From the NCBI GenBank assembly GCA_964057225.1, contig OZ059894.1:19840001-19904000 (forward strand): a DNA stretch of 64,000 nucleotides. Direction: 5' to 3'. The notes beneath the pieces were generated by a model, which did no database searches, was not told the origin of the DNA, and was given only the letters and a program-made list of their open reading frames with translations. This stretch comes from Auanema rhodensis. Its lineage: Eukaryota > Animalia > Nematoda. The first letter of the stretch is position 1. Every line of letters starts with the position of its first letter. The position numbers were made by a program, and so were the translations under genes. Of this stretch, positions 24,701 through 38,895 are shown piece by piece.

Positions 24701-27700
24701 CTTAAAAATTCGCATCGAATGCACTATACTACATTGAAAAACGCTTAATACAAAAATTAGTTATGATCGTTTGAAAAATGATGCATTAGTGTATGTTGAG
24801 TTTCCATGTACACTCAACATTGCTTCCAAAAACATTTTGACAAAAATTTTTTCGAAAAATTTCGAAATAATTTAGCAAAAAGTAGATGTTTTTAGATTCC
24901 ATTTTTCAAGGCAAAGACGATGGACAATGTTATTCAACGAAAAAATCAATTCTTCAGGGTGAAAATCGAGGATATAAGTGTGAACTTATATCAGTTGATA
25001 TCTCGGTGCATTTTTAAGCTAGCGCAAATCTGATAACACAGAACGACGCAGCTTAAAAATCCGCATCGAATGCACTATACTACATTAAGAAACGCTTAAT
25101 ACAAAAATTAGTTATGATCGTTTGAAAAATGATGCATTAGTGTATGTTGAGTTTCCATGTACACTCAACATTGCTTCCAAAAACATTTTGACAAAAATTT
25201 TTTCGAGAAATTTCAAAATAATTTAGCAAAAAGTAGATGTTTTTAGATTCCTTTTTTCAAGGCAAAGACGATGGACAATGTTATTCAACGAAAAAATTAA
25301 TTCTTCAGGGTGAAAATCGAGGATATAAGTGTGAACTTATATCAGTTGATATCTCGGTGCATTTTTAAGCTAGCGCAAATCTGATAACACAGATCGACGC
25401 AGCTTAAAAATCCGCATCGAATGCACTATACTACATTGAGAAACGCTTAATACAAAAATTAGTTATGATCGTTTGAAAAATGATGCATTAGTGTATGTTG
25501 AGTTTCCATGTACACTCAACATTGCTTCCAAAAACATTTTGACAAAAATTTTTTCGAAAAATTTCAGAATAATTTAGCAAAAAGTAGATGTTTTTAGATT
25601 CCATTTTTCAAGGCAAAGACGATGGACAATGTTATTCAACGAAAAAATTAATTCTTCAGGGTGAAAATCGAGGATATAAGTGTGAACTTATATCAGTTGA
25701 TATCTCGGTGCATTTTTAAGCTAGCGCAAATCTGATAACACAGATCGACGCAGCTTAAAAATCCGCATCGAATGCACTATACTACATTGAAAAACGCTTA
25801 ATACAAAAATTAGTTATGATCGTTTGAAAAATGATGCATTAGTGTATGTTGAGTTTCCATGTACACTCAACATTGCTTCCAAAAACATTTTGACAAAAAG
25901 TTTTTCGAAAAATTTCAAAATAATTTAGCAAAAAGTAGATGTTTTTAGATTCCATTTTTCAAGGCAAAGACGATGGACAATGTTATTCAACGAAAAAATT
26001 AATTCTTCAGGGTGAAAATCGAGGATATAAGTGTGAACTTATATCAGTTGATATCTCGGTGCATTTTTAAGCTAGCGCAAATCTGATAACACAGAACGAC
26101 GCAGCTTAAAAATCCGCATCGAATGCACTATACTACATTGAGAAACGCTTAATACAAAAATTAGTTATGATCGTTTGAAAAATGATGCATTAGTGTATGT
26201 TGAGTTTCCATGTACACTCAACATTGCTTCCAAAAACATTTTGACAAAAATTTTTTCGAAAAATTTCAGAATAATTTAGCAAAAAGTAGATGTTTTTAGA
26301 TTCCTTTTTTCAAGGCAAAGACGATGGACATTGTTTTTCAACGAAAAAATTAATTCTTCAGGGTGAAAATCGAGGATATAAGTGTGAACTTATATCAGTT
26401 GATATCTCGGTGCATTTTTAAGCTAGCGCAAATCTGATAACACAGATCGACGCAGCTTAAAAATCCGCATCGAATGCACTATACTACATTGAGAAACGCT
26501 TAATACAAAAATTAGTTATGATCGTTTGAAAAATGATGCATTAGTGTATGTTGAGTTTCCATGTACACTCAACATTGCTTCCAAAAACATTTTGACAAAA
26601 ATTTTTTCGAAAAATTTCAGAATAATTTAGCAAAAAGTAGATGTTTTTAGATTCCATTTTTCAAGGCAAAGACGATGGACAATGTTATTCAACGAAAAAA
26701 TTAATTCTTCAGGGTGAAAATCGAGGATATAAGTGTGAACTTATATCAGTTGATATCTCGGTGCATTTTTAAGCTAGCGCAAATCTGATAACACAGATCG
26801 ACGCAGCTTAAAAATCCGCATCGAATGCACTATACTACATTGAAAAACGCTTAATACAAAAATTAGTTATGATCGTTTGAAAAATGATGCATTAGTGTAT
26901 GTTGAGTTTCCATGTACACTCAACATTGCTTCCAAAAACATTTTGACAAAAAGTTTTTCGAAAAATTTCAAAATAATTTAGCAAAAAGTAGATGTTTTTA
27001 GATTCCATTTTTCAAGGCAAAGACGATGGACAATGTTATTCAACGAAAAAATTAATTCTTCAGGGTGAAAATCGAGGATATAAGTGTGAACTTATATCAG
27101 TTGATATCTCGGTGCATTTTTAAGCTAGCGCAAATCTGATAACACAGAACGACGCAGCTTAAAAATCCGCATCGAATGCACTATACTACATTGAGAAACG
27201 CTTAATACAAAAATTAGTTATGATCGTTTGAAAAATGATGCATTAGTGTATGTTGAGTTTCCATGTACACTCAACATTGCTTCCAAAAACATTTTGACAA
27301 AAATTTTTTCGAAAAATTTCAGAATAATTTAGCAAAAAGTAGATGTTTTTAGATTCCTTTTTTCAAGGCAAAGACGATGGACATTGTTATTCAACGAAAA
27401 AATTAATTCTTCAGGGTGAAAATCGAGGATATAAGTGTGAACTTATATCAGTTGATATCTCGGTGCATTTTTAAGCTAGCGCAAATCTGATAACACAGAA
27501 CGACGCAGCTTAAAAATTCGCATCGAATGCACTATACTACATTGAAAAACGCTTAATACAAAAATTAGTTATGATCGTTTGAAAAATGATGCATTAGTGT
27601 ATGTTGAGTTTCCATGTACACTCAACATTGCTTCCAAAAACATTTTGACAAAAAGTTTTTCGAAAAATTTCAAAATAATTTAGCAAAAAGTAGATGTTTT

Positions 27701-30109
27701 TAGATTCCATTTTTCAAGGCAAAGACGATGGACAATGTTATTCAACGAAAAAATTAATTCTTCAGGGTGAAAATCGAGGATATAAGTGTGAACTTATATC
27801 AGTTGATATCTCGGTGCATTTTTAAGCTAGCGCAAATCTGATAACACAGAACGACGCAGCTTAAAAATCCGCATCGAATGCACTATACTACATTGAGAAA
27901 CGCTTAATACAAAAATTAGTTATGATCGTTTGAAAAATGATGCATTAGTGTATGTTGAGTTTCCATGTACACTCAACATTGCTTCCAAAAACATTTTGAC
28001 AAAAATTTTTTCGAAAAATTTCAGAATAATTTAGCAAAAAGTAGATGTTTTTAGATTCCTTTTTTCAAGGCAAAGACGATGGACAATGTTATTCAACGAA
28101 AAAATTAATTCTTCAGGGTGAAAATCGAGGATATAAGTGTGAACTTATATCAGTTGATATCTCGGTGCATTTTTAAGCTAGCGCAAATCTGATAACACAG
28201 ATCGACGCAGCTTAAAAATCCGCATCGAATGCACTATACTACATTGAGAAACGCTTAATACAAAAATTAGTTATGATCGTTTGAAAAATGATGCATTAGT
28301 GTATGTTGAGTTTCCATGTACACTCAACATTGCTTCCAAAAACATTTTGACAAAAATTTTTTCGAAAAATTTCAAAATAATTTAGCAAAAAGTAGATGTT
28401 TTTAGATTCCTTTTTTCAAGGCAAAGACGATGGACAATGTTATTCAACGAAAAAATTAATTCTTCAGGGTGAAAATCGAGGATATAATTGTGAACTTATA
28501 TCAGTTGATATCTCGGTGCATTTTTAAGCTAGCGCAAATCTGATAACACAGAACGACGCAGCTTAAAAATCCGCATCGAATGCACTATACTACATTGAAA
28601 AACGCTTAATACAAAAATTAGTTATGATCGTTTGAAAAATGATGCATTAGTGTATGTTGAGTTTCCATGTACACTCAACATTGCTTCCAAAAACATTTTG
28701 ACAAAAAGTTTTTCGAAAAATTTCAAAATAATTTAGCAAAAAGTAGATGTTTTTAGATTCCTTTTTTCAAGGCAAAGACGATGGACAATGTTATTCAACG
28801 AAAAAATTAATTCTTCAGGGTGAAAATCGAGGATATAAGTGTGAACTTATATCAGTTGATATCTCGGTGCATTTTTAAGCTAGCGCAAATCTGATAACAC
28901 AGATCGACGCAGCTTAAAAATCCGCATCGAATGCACTATACTACATTGAGAAACGCTTAATACAAAAATTAGTTATGATCGTTTGAAAAATGATGCATTA
29001 GTGTATGTTGAGTTTCCATGTACACTCAACATTGCTTCCAAAAACATTTTGACAAAAATTTTTTCGAGAAATTTCAAAATAATTTAGCAAAAAGTAGATG
29101 TTTTTAGATTCCTTTTTTCAAGGCGAAGACGATGGACAATGTTATTCAACGAAAAAATTAATTCTTCAGGGTGAAAATCGAGGATATAAGTGTGAACTTA
29201 TATCAGTTGATATCTCGGTGCATTTTTAAGCTAGCGCAAATCTGATAACACAGATCGACGCAGCTTAAAAATCCGCATCGAATGCACTATACTACATTGA
29301 GAAACGCTTAATACAAAAATTAGTTATGATCGTTTGAAAAATGATGCATTAGTGTATGTTGAGTTTCCATGTACACTCAACATTGCTTCCAAAAACATTT
29401 TGACAAAAATTTTTTCGAAAAATTTCAGAATAATTTAGCAAAAAGTAGATGTTTTTAGATTCCATTTTTCAAGGCAAAGACGATGGACAATGTTATTCAA
29501 CGAAAAAATTAATTCTTCAGGGTGAAAATCGAGGATATAAGTGTGAACTTATATCAGTTGATATCTCGGTGCATTTTTAAGCTAGCGCAAATCTGATAAC
29601 ACAGATCGACGCAGCTTAAAAATCCGCATCGAATGCACTATACTACATTGAGAAACGCTTAATACAAAAATTAGTTATGATCGTTTGAAAAATGATGCAT
29701 TAGTGTATGTTGAGTTTCCATGTACACTCAACATTGCTTCCAAAAACATTTTGACAAAAATTTTTTCGAAAAATTTCAAAATAATTTAGCAAAAAGTAGA
29801 TGTTTTTAGATTCCTTTTTTCAAGGCAAAGACGATGGACAATGTTATTCAACGAAAAAATTAATTCTTCAGGGTGAAAATCGAGGATATAAGTGTGAACT
29901 TATATCAGTTGATATCTCGGTGCATTTTTAAGCTAGCGCAAATCTGATAACACAGAACGACGCAGCTTAAAAATTCGCATCGAATGCACTATACTACATT
30001 GAGAAACGCTTAATACAAAAATTAGTTATGATCGTTTGAAAAATGATGCATTAGTGTATGTTGAGTTTCCATGTACACTCAACATTGCTTCCAAAAACAT
30101 TTTGACAAA
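18744..30109 (+). repeat. 16-monomer (5616 bp) tandem duplication, two copies
   Basis: Four rare markers are each exactly 5616 bp apart: ACAAACAT 18878/24494, TTGTTTTTCA 20720/26336, GATATAATTG 22872/28488, GGCGAAG 23509/29125. Confidence 0.9.
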
Positions 30110-33100
30110 AATTTTTTCGAAAAATTTCAGAATAATTTAGCAAAAAGTAGATGTTTTTAGATTCCATTTTTCAAGGCAAAGACGATGGACAATGTTATTC
30201 AACGAAAAAATTAATTCTTCAGGGTGAAAATCGAGGATATAAGTGTGAACTTATATCAGTTGATATCTCGGTGCATTTTTAAGCTAGCGCAAATCTGATA
30301 ACACAGATCGACGCAGCTTAAAAATCCGCATCGAATGCACTATACTACATTGAGAAACGCTTAGTACAAAAATTAGTTATGATCGTTTGAAAAATGATGC
30401 ATTAGTGTATGTTGAGTTTCCATGTACACTCAACATTGCTTCCAAAAACATTTTGACAAAAAGTTTTTCGAAAAATTTCAAAATAATTTAGCAAAAAGTA
30501 GATGTTTTTAGATTCCATTTTTCAAGGCAAAGACGATGGACAATGTTATTCAACGAAAAAATTAATTCTTCAGGGTGAAAATCGAGGATATAAGTGTGAA
30601 CTTATATCAGTTGATATCTCGGTGCATTTTTAAGCTAGCGCAAATCTGATAACACAGAACGACGCAGCTTAAAAATCCGCATCGAATGCACTATACTACA
30701 TTGAGAAACGCTTAATACAAAAATTAGTTATGATCGTTTGAAAAATGATGCATTAGTGTATGTTGAGTTTCCATGTACACTCAACATTGCTTCCAAAAAC
30801 ATTTTGACAAAAATTTTTTCGAAAAATTTCAGAATAATTTAGCAAAAAGTAGATGTTTTTAGATTCCTTTTTTCAAGTCAAAGACGATGGACATTGTTAT
30901 TCAACGAAAAAATTAATTCTTCAGGGTGAAAATCGAGGATATAAGTGTGAACTTATATCAGTTGATATCTCGGTGCATTTTTAAGCTAGCGCAAATCTGA
31001 TAACACAGAACGACGCAGCTTAAAAATTCGCATCGAATGCACTATACTACATTGAAAAACGCTTAATACAAAAATTAGTTATGATCGTTTGAAAAATGAT
31101 GCATTAGTGTATGTTGAGTTTCCATGTACACTCAACATTGCTTCCAAAAACATTTTGACAAAAATTTTTTCGAGAAATTTCAAAATAATTTAGCAAAAAG
31201 TAGATGTTTTTAGATTCCTTTTTTCAAGGCAAAGACGATGGACAATGTTATTCAACGAAAAAATTAATTCTTCAGGGTGAAAATCGAGGATATAAGTGTG
31301 AACTTATATCAGTTGATATCTCGGTGCATTTTTAAGCTAGCGCAAATCTGATAACACAGATCGACGCAGCTTAAAAATCCGCATCGAATGCACTATACTA
31401 CATTGAGAAACGCTTAATACAAAAATTAGTTATGATCGTTTGAAAAATGATGCATTAGTGTATGTTGAGTTTCCATGTACACTCAACATTGCTTCCAAAA
31501 ACATTTTGACAAAAATTTTTTCGAAAAATTTCAGAATAATTTAGCAAAAAGTAGATGTTTTTAGATTCCATTTTTCAAGGCAAAGACGATGGACAATGTT
31601 ATTCAACGAAAAAATTAATTCTTCAGGGTGAAAATCGAGGATATAAGTGTGAACTTATATCAGTTGATATCTCGGTGCATTTTTAAGCTAGCGCAAATCT
31701 GATAACACAGATCGACGCAGCTTAAAAATCCGCATCGAATGCACTATACTACATTGAAAAACGCTTAATACAAAAATTAGTTATGATCGTTTGAAAAATG
31801 ATGCATTAGTGTATGTTGAGTTTCCATGTACACTCAACATTGCTTCCAAAAACATTTTGACAAAAAGTTTTTCGAAAAATTTCAAAATAATTTAGCAAAA
31901 AGTAGATGTTTTTAGATTCCATTTTTCAAGGCAAAGACGATGGACAATGTTATTCAACGAAAAAATTAATTCTTCAGGGTGAAAATCGAGGATATAAGTG
32001 TGAACTTATATCAGTTGATATCTCGGTGCATTTTTAAGCTAGCGCAAATCTGATAACACAGAACGACGCAGCTTAAAAATCCGCATCGAATGCACTATAC
32101 TACATTGAGAAACGCTTAATACAAAAATTAGTTATGATCGTTTGAAAAATGATGCATTAGTGTATGTTGAGTTTCCATGTACACTCAACATTGCTTCCAA
32201 AAACATTTTGACAAAAATTTTTTCGAAAAATTTCAGAATAATTTAGCAAAAAGTAGATGTTTTTAGATTCCATTTTTCAAGGCAAAGACGATGGACAATG
32301 TTATTCAACGAAAAAATTAATTCTTCAGGGTGAAAATCGAGGATATAAGTGTGAACTTATATCAGTTGATATCTCGGTGCATTTTTAAGCTAGCGCAAAT
32401 CTGATAACACAGATCGACGCAGCTTAAAAATCCGCATCGAATGCACTATACTACATTGAGAAACGCTTAATACAAAAATTAGTTATGATCGTTTGAAAAA
32501 TGATGCATTAGTGTATGTTGAGTTTCCATGTACACTCAACATTGCTTCCAAAAACATTTTGACAAAAAGTTTTTCGAAAAATTTCAAAATAATTTAGCAA
32601 AAAGTAGATGTTTTTAGATTCCATTTTTCAAGGCAAAGACGATGGACAATGTTATTCAACGAAAAAATTAATTCTTCAGGGTGAAAATCGAGGATATAAG
32701 TGTGAACTTATATCAGTTGATATCTCGGTGCATTTTTAAGCTAGCGCAAATCTGATAACACAGAACGACGCAGCTTAAAAATCCGCATCGAATGCACTAT
32801 ACTACATTGAGAAACGCTTAATACAAAAATTAGTTATGATCGTTTGAAAAATGATGCATTAGTGTATGTTGAGTTTCCATGTACACTCAACATTGCTTCC
32901 AAAAACATTTTGACAAAAATTTTTTCGAAAAATTTCAGAATAATTTAGCAAAAAGTAGATGTTTTTAGATTCCTTTTTTCAAGTCAAAGACGATGGACAT
33001 TGTTATTCAACGAAAAAATTAATTCTTCAGGGTGAAAATCGAGGATATAAGTGTGAACTTATATCAGTTGATATCTCGGTGCATTTTTAAGCTAGCGCAA

Positions 33101-34564
33101 ATCTGATAACACAGAACGACGCAGCTTAAAAATTCGCATCGAATGCACTATACTACATTGAAAAACGCTTAATACAAAAATTAGTTATGATCGTTTGAAA
33201 AATGATGCATTAGTGTATGTTGAGTTTCCATGTACACTCAACATTGCTTCCAAAAACATTTTGACAAAAATTTTTTCGAAAAATTTCGAAATAATTTAGC
33301 AAAAAGTAGATGTTTTTAGATTCCATTTTTCAAGGCAAAGACGATGGACAATGTTATTCAACGAAAAAATCAATTCTTCAGGGTGAAAATCGAGGATATA
33401 AGTGTGAACTTATATCAGTTGATATCTCGGTGCATTTTTAAGCTAGCGCAAATCTGATAACACAGAACGACGCAGCTTAAAAATCCGCATCGAATGCACT
33501 ATACTACATTAAGAAACGCTTAATACAAAAATTAGTTATGATCGTTTGAAAAATGATGCATTAGTGTATGTTGAGTTTCCATGTACACTCAACATTGCTT
33601 CCAAAAACATTTTGACAAAAATTTTTTCGAGAAATTTCAAAATAATTTAGCAAAAAGTAGATGTTTTTAGATTCCTTTTTTCAAGGCAAAGACGATGGAC
33701 AATGTTATTCAACGAAAAAATTAATTCTTCAGGGTGAAAATCGAGGATATAAGTGTGAACTTATATCAGTTGATATCTCGGTGCATTTTTAAGCTAGCGC
33801 AAATCTGATAACACAGATCGACGCAGCTTAAAAATCCGCATCGAATGCACTATACTACATTGAGAAACGCTTAATACAAAAATTAGTTATGATCGTTTGA
33901 AAAATGATGCATTAGTGTATGTTGAGTTTCCATGTACACTCAACATTGCTTCCAAAAACATTTTGACAAAAATTTTTTCGAAAAATTTCAGAATAATTTA
34001 GCAAAAAGTAGATGTTTTTAGATTCCATTTTTCAAGGCAAAGACGATGGACAATGTTATTCAACGAAAAAATTAATTCTTCAGGGTGAAAATCGAGGATA
34101 TAAGTGTGAACTTATATCAGTTGATATCTCGGTGCATTTTTAAGCTAGCGCAAATCTGATAACACAGATCGACGCAGCTTAAAAATCCGCATCGAATGCA
34201 CTATACTACATTGAAAAACGCTTAATACAAAAATTAGTTATGATCGTTTGAAAAATGATGCATTAGTGTATGTTGAGTTTCCATGTACACTCAACATTGC
34301 TTCCAAAAACATTTTGACAAAAAGTTTTTCGAAAAATTTCAAAATAATTTAGCAAAAAGTAGATGTTTTTAGATTCCATTTTTCAAGGCAAAGACGATGG
34401 ACAATGTTATTCAACGAAAAAATTAATTCTTCAGGGTGAAAATCGAGGATATAAGTGTGAACTTATATCAGTTGATATCTCGGTGCATTTTTAAGCTAGC
34501 GCAAATCTGATAACACAGAACGACGCAGCTTAAAAATCCGCATCGAATGCACTATACTACATTG

Positions 34565-37500
34565 AGAAACGCTTAATACAAAAATTAGTTATGATCGTTT
34601 GAAAAATGATGCATTAGTGTATGTTGAGTTTCCATGTACACTCAACATTGCTTCCAAAAACATTTTGACAAAAATTTTTTCGAAAAATTTCAGAATAATT
34701 TAGCAAAAAGTAGATGTTTTTAGATTCCTTTTTTCAAGGCAAAAACGATGGACATTGTTATTCAACGAAAAAATTAATTCTTCAGGGTGAAAATCGAGGA
34801 TATAAGTGTGAACTTATATCAGTTGATATCTCGGTGCATTTTTAAGCTAGCGCAAATCTGATAACACAGAACGACGCAGCTTAAAAATTCGCATCGAATG
34901 CACTATACTACATTGAAAAACGCTTAATACAAAAATTAGTTATGATCGTTTGAAAAATGATGCATTAGTGTATGTTGAGTTTCCATGTACACTCAACATT
35001 GCTTCCAAAAACATTTTGACAAAAATTTTTTCGAAAAATTTCGAAATAATTTAGCAAAAAGTAGATGTTTTTAGATTCCATTTTTCAAGGCAAAGACGAT
35101 GGACAATGTTATTCAACGAAAAAATCAATTCTTCAGGGTGAAAATCGAGGATATAAGTGTGAACTTATATCAGTTGATATCTCGGTGCATTTTTAAGCTA
35201 GCGCAAATCTGATAACACAGAACGACGCAGCTTAAAAATCCGCATCGAATGCACTATACTACATTAAGAAACGCTTAATACAAAAATTAGTTATGATCGT
35301 TTGAAAAATGATGCATTAGTGTATGTTGAGTTTCCATGTACACTCAACATTGCTTCCAAAAACATTTTGACAAAAATTTTTTCGAGAAATTTCAAAATAA
35401 TTTAGCAAAAAGTAGATGTTTTTAGATTCCTTTTTTCAAGGCAAAGACGATGGACAATGTTATTCAACGAAAAAATTAATTCTTCAGGGTGAAAATCGAG
35501 GATATAAGTGTGAACTTATATCAGTTGATATCTCGGTGCATTTTTAAGCTAGCGCAAATCTGATAACACAGAACGACGCAGCTTAAAAATTCGCATCGAA
35601 TGCACTATACTACATTGAGAAACGCTTAATACAAAAATTAGTTATGATCGTTTGAAAAATGATGCATTAGTGTATGTTGAGTTTCCATGTACACTCAACA
35701 TTGCTTCCAAAAACATTTTGACAAAAATTTTTTCGAAAAATTTCAGAATAATTTAGCAAAAAGTAGATGTTTTTAGATTCCTTTTTTCAAGGCAAAGACG
35801 ATGGACATTGTTATTCAACGAAAAAATTAATTCTTCAGGGTGAAAATCGAGGATATAAGTGTGAACTTATATCAGTTGATATCTCGGTGCATTTTTAAGC
35901 TAGCGCAAATCTGATAACACAGAACGACGCAGCTTAAAAATTCGCATCGAATGCACTATACTACATTGAAAAACGCTTAATACAAAAATTAGTTATGATC
36001 GTTTGAAAAATGATGCATTAGTGTATGTTGAGTTTCCATGTACACTCAACATTGCTTCCAAAAACATTTTGACAAAAATTTTTTCGAAAAATTTCGAAAT
36101 AATTTAGCAAAAAGTAGATGTTTTTAGATTCCATTTTTCAAGGCAAAGACGATGGACAATGTTATTCAACGAAAAAATCAATTCTTCAGGGTGAAAATCG
36201 AGGATATAAGTGTGAACTTATATCAGTTGATATCTCGGTGCATTTTTAAGCTAGCGCAAATCTGATAACACAGAACGACGCAGCTTAAAAATCCGCATCG
36301 AATGCACTATACTACATTAAGAAACGCTTAATACAAAAATTAGTTATGATCGTTTGAAAAATGATGCATTAGTGTATGTTGAGTTTCCATGTACACTCAA
36401 CATTGCTTCCAAAAACATTTTGACAAAAATTTTTTCGAAAAATTTCGAAATAATTTAGCAAAAAGTAGATGTTTTTAGATTCCATTTTTCAAGGCAAAGA
36501 CGATGGACAATGTTATTCAACGAAAAAATCAATTCTTCAGGGTGAAAATCGAGGATATAAGTGTGAACTTATATCAGTTGATATCTCGGTGCATTTTTAA
36601 GCTAGCGCAAATCTGATAACACAGAACGACGCAGCTTAAAAATCCGCATCGAATGCACTATACTACATTAAGAAACGCTTAATACAAAAATTAGTTATGA
36701 TCGTTTGAAAAATGATGCATTAGTGTATGTTGAGTTTCCATGTACACTCAACATTGCTTCCAAAAACATTTTGACAAAAATTTTTTCGAAAAATTTCAGA
36801 ATAATTTAGCAAAAAGTAGATGTTTTTAGATTCCTTTTTTCAAGGCAAAAACGATGGACATTGTTATTCAACGAAAAAATTAATTCTTCAGGGTGAAAAT
36901 CGAGGATATAAGTGTGAACTTATATCAGTTGATATCTCGGTGCATTTTTAAGCTAGCGCAAATCTGATAACACAGAACGACGCAGCTTAAAAATTCGCAT
37001 CGAATGCACTATACTACATTGAAAAACGCTTAATACAAAAATTAGTTATGATCGTTTGAAAAATGATGCATTAGTGTATGTTGAGTTTCCATGTACACTC
37101 AACATTGCTTCCAAAAACATTTTGACAAAAATTTTTTCGAAAAATTTCGAAATAATTTAGCAAAAAGTAGATGTTTTTAGATTCCATTTTTCAAGGCAAA
37201 GACGATGGACAATGTTATTCAACGAAAAAATCAATTCTTCAGGGTGAAAATCGAGGATATAAGTGTGAACTTATATCAGTTGATATCTCGGTGCATTTTT
37301 AAGCTAGCGCAAATCTGATAACACAGAACGACGCAGCTTAAAAATCCGCATCGAATGCACTATACTACATTAAGAAACGCTTAATACAAAAATTAGTTAT
37401 GATCGTTTGAAAAATGATGCATTAGTGTATGTTGAGTTTCCATGTACACTCAACATTGCTTCCAAAAACATTTTGACAAAAATTTTTTCGAGAAATTTCA

Positions 37501-38895
37501 AAATAATTTAGCAAAAAGTAGATGTTTTTAGATTCCTTTTTTCAAGGCAAAGACGATGGACAATGTTATTCAACGAAAAAATTAATTCTTCAGGGTGAAA
37601 ATCGAGGATATAAGTGTGAACTTATATCAGTTGATATCTCGGTGCATTTTTAAGCTAGCGCAAATCTGATAACACAGAACGACGCAGCTTAAAAATTCGC
37701 ATCGAATGCACTATACTACATTGAGAAACGCTTAATACAAAAATTAGTTATGATCGTTTGAAAAATGATGCATTAGTGTATGTTGAGTTTCCATGTACAC
37801 TCAACATTGCTTCCAAAAACATTTTGACAAAAATTTTTTCGAAAAATTTCAGAATAATTTAGCAAAAAGTAGATGTTTTTAGATTCCTTTTTTCAAGGCA
37901 AAGACGATGGACATTGTTATTCAACGAAAAAATTAATTCTTCAGGGTGAAAATCGAGGATATAAGTGTGAACTTATATCAGTTGATATCTCGGTGCATTT
38001 TTAAGCTAGCGCAAATCTGATAACACAGAACGACGCAGCTTAAAAATTCGCATCGAATGCACTATACTACATTGAAAAACGCTTAATACAAAAATTAGTT
38101 ATGATCGTTTGAAAAATGATGCATTAGTGTATGTTGAGTTTCCATGTACACTCAACATTGCTTCCAAAAACATTTTGACAAAAATTTTTTCGAAAAATTT
38201 CGAAATAATTTAGCAAAAAGTAGATGTTTTTAGATTCCATTTTTCAAGGCAAAGACGATGGACAATGTTATTCAACGAAAAAATCAATTCTTCAGGGTGA
38301 AAATCGAGGATATAAGTGTGAACTTATATCAGTTGATATCTCGGTGCATTTTTAAGCTAGCGCAAATCTGATAACACAGAACGACGCAGCTTAAAAATCC
38401 GCATCGAATGCACTATACTACATTAAAAAACGCTTAATACAAAAATTAGTTATGATCGTTTGAAAAATGATGCATTAGTGTATGTTGAGTTTCCATGTAC
38501 ACTCAACATTGCTTCCAAAAACATTTTGACAAAAATTTTTTCGAAAAATTTCGAAATAATTTAGCAAAAAGTAGATGTTTTTAGATTCCATTTTTCAAGG
38601 CAAAGACGATGGACAATGTTATTCAACGAAAAAATCAATTCTTCAGGGTGAAAATCGAGGATATAAGTGTGAACTTATATCAGTTGATATCTCGGTGCAT
38701 TTTTAAGCTAGCGCAAATCTGATAACACAGAACGACGCAGCTTAAAAATCCGCATCGAATGCACTATACTACATTAAGAAACGCTTAATACAAAAATTAG
38801 TTATGATCGTTTGAAAAATGATGCATTAGTGTATGTTGAGTTTCCATGTACACTCAACATTGCTTCCAAAAACATTTTGACAAAAATTTTTTCGA
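34565..38895 (+). repeat. 6-monomer (2106 bp) tandem duplication
   Basis: The private variant GGCAAAAACG occurs at 34744 and 36850, and the haplotype order repeats. One mismatch at 36321/38427. Confidence 0.85.
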
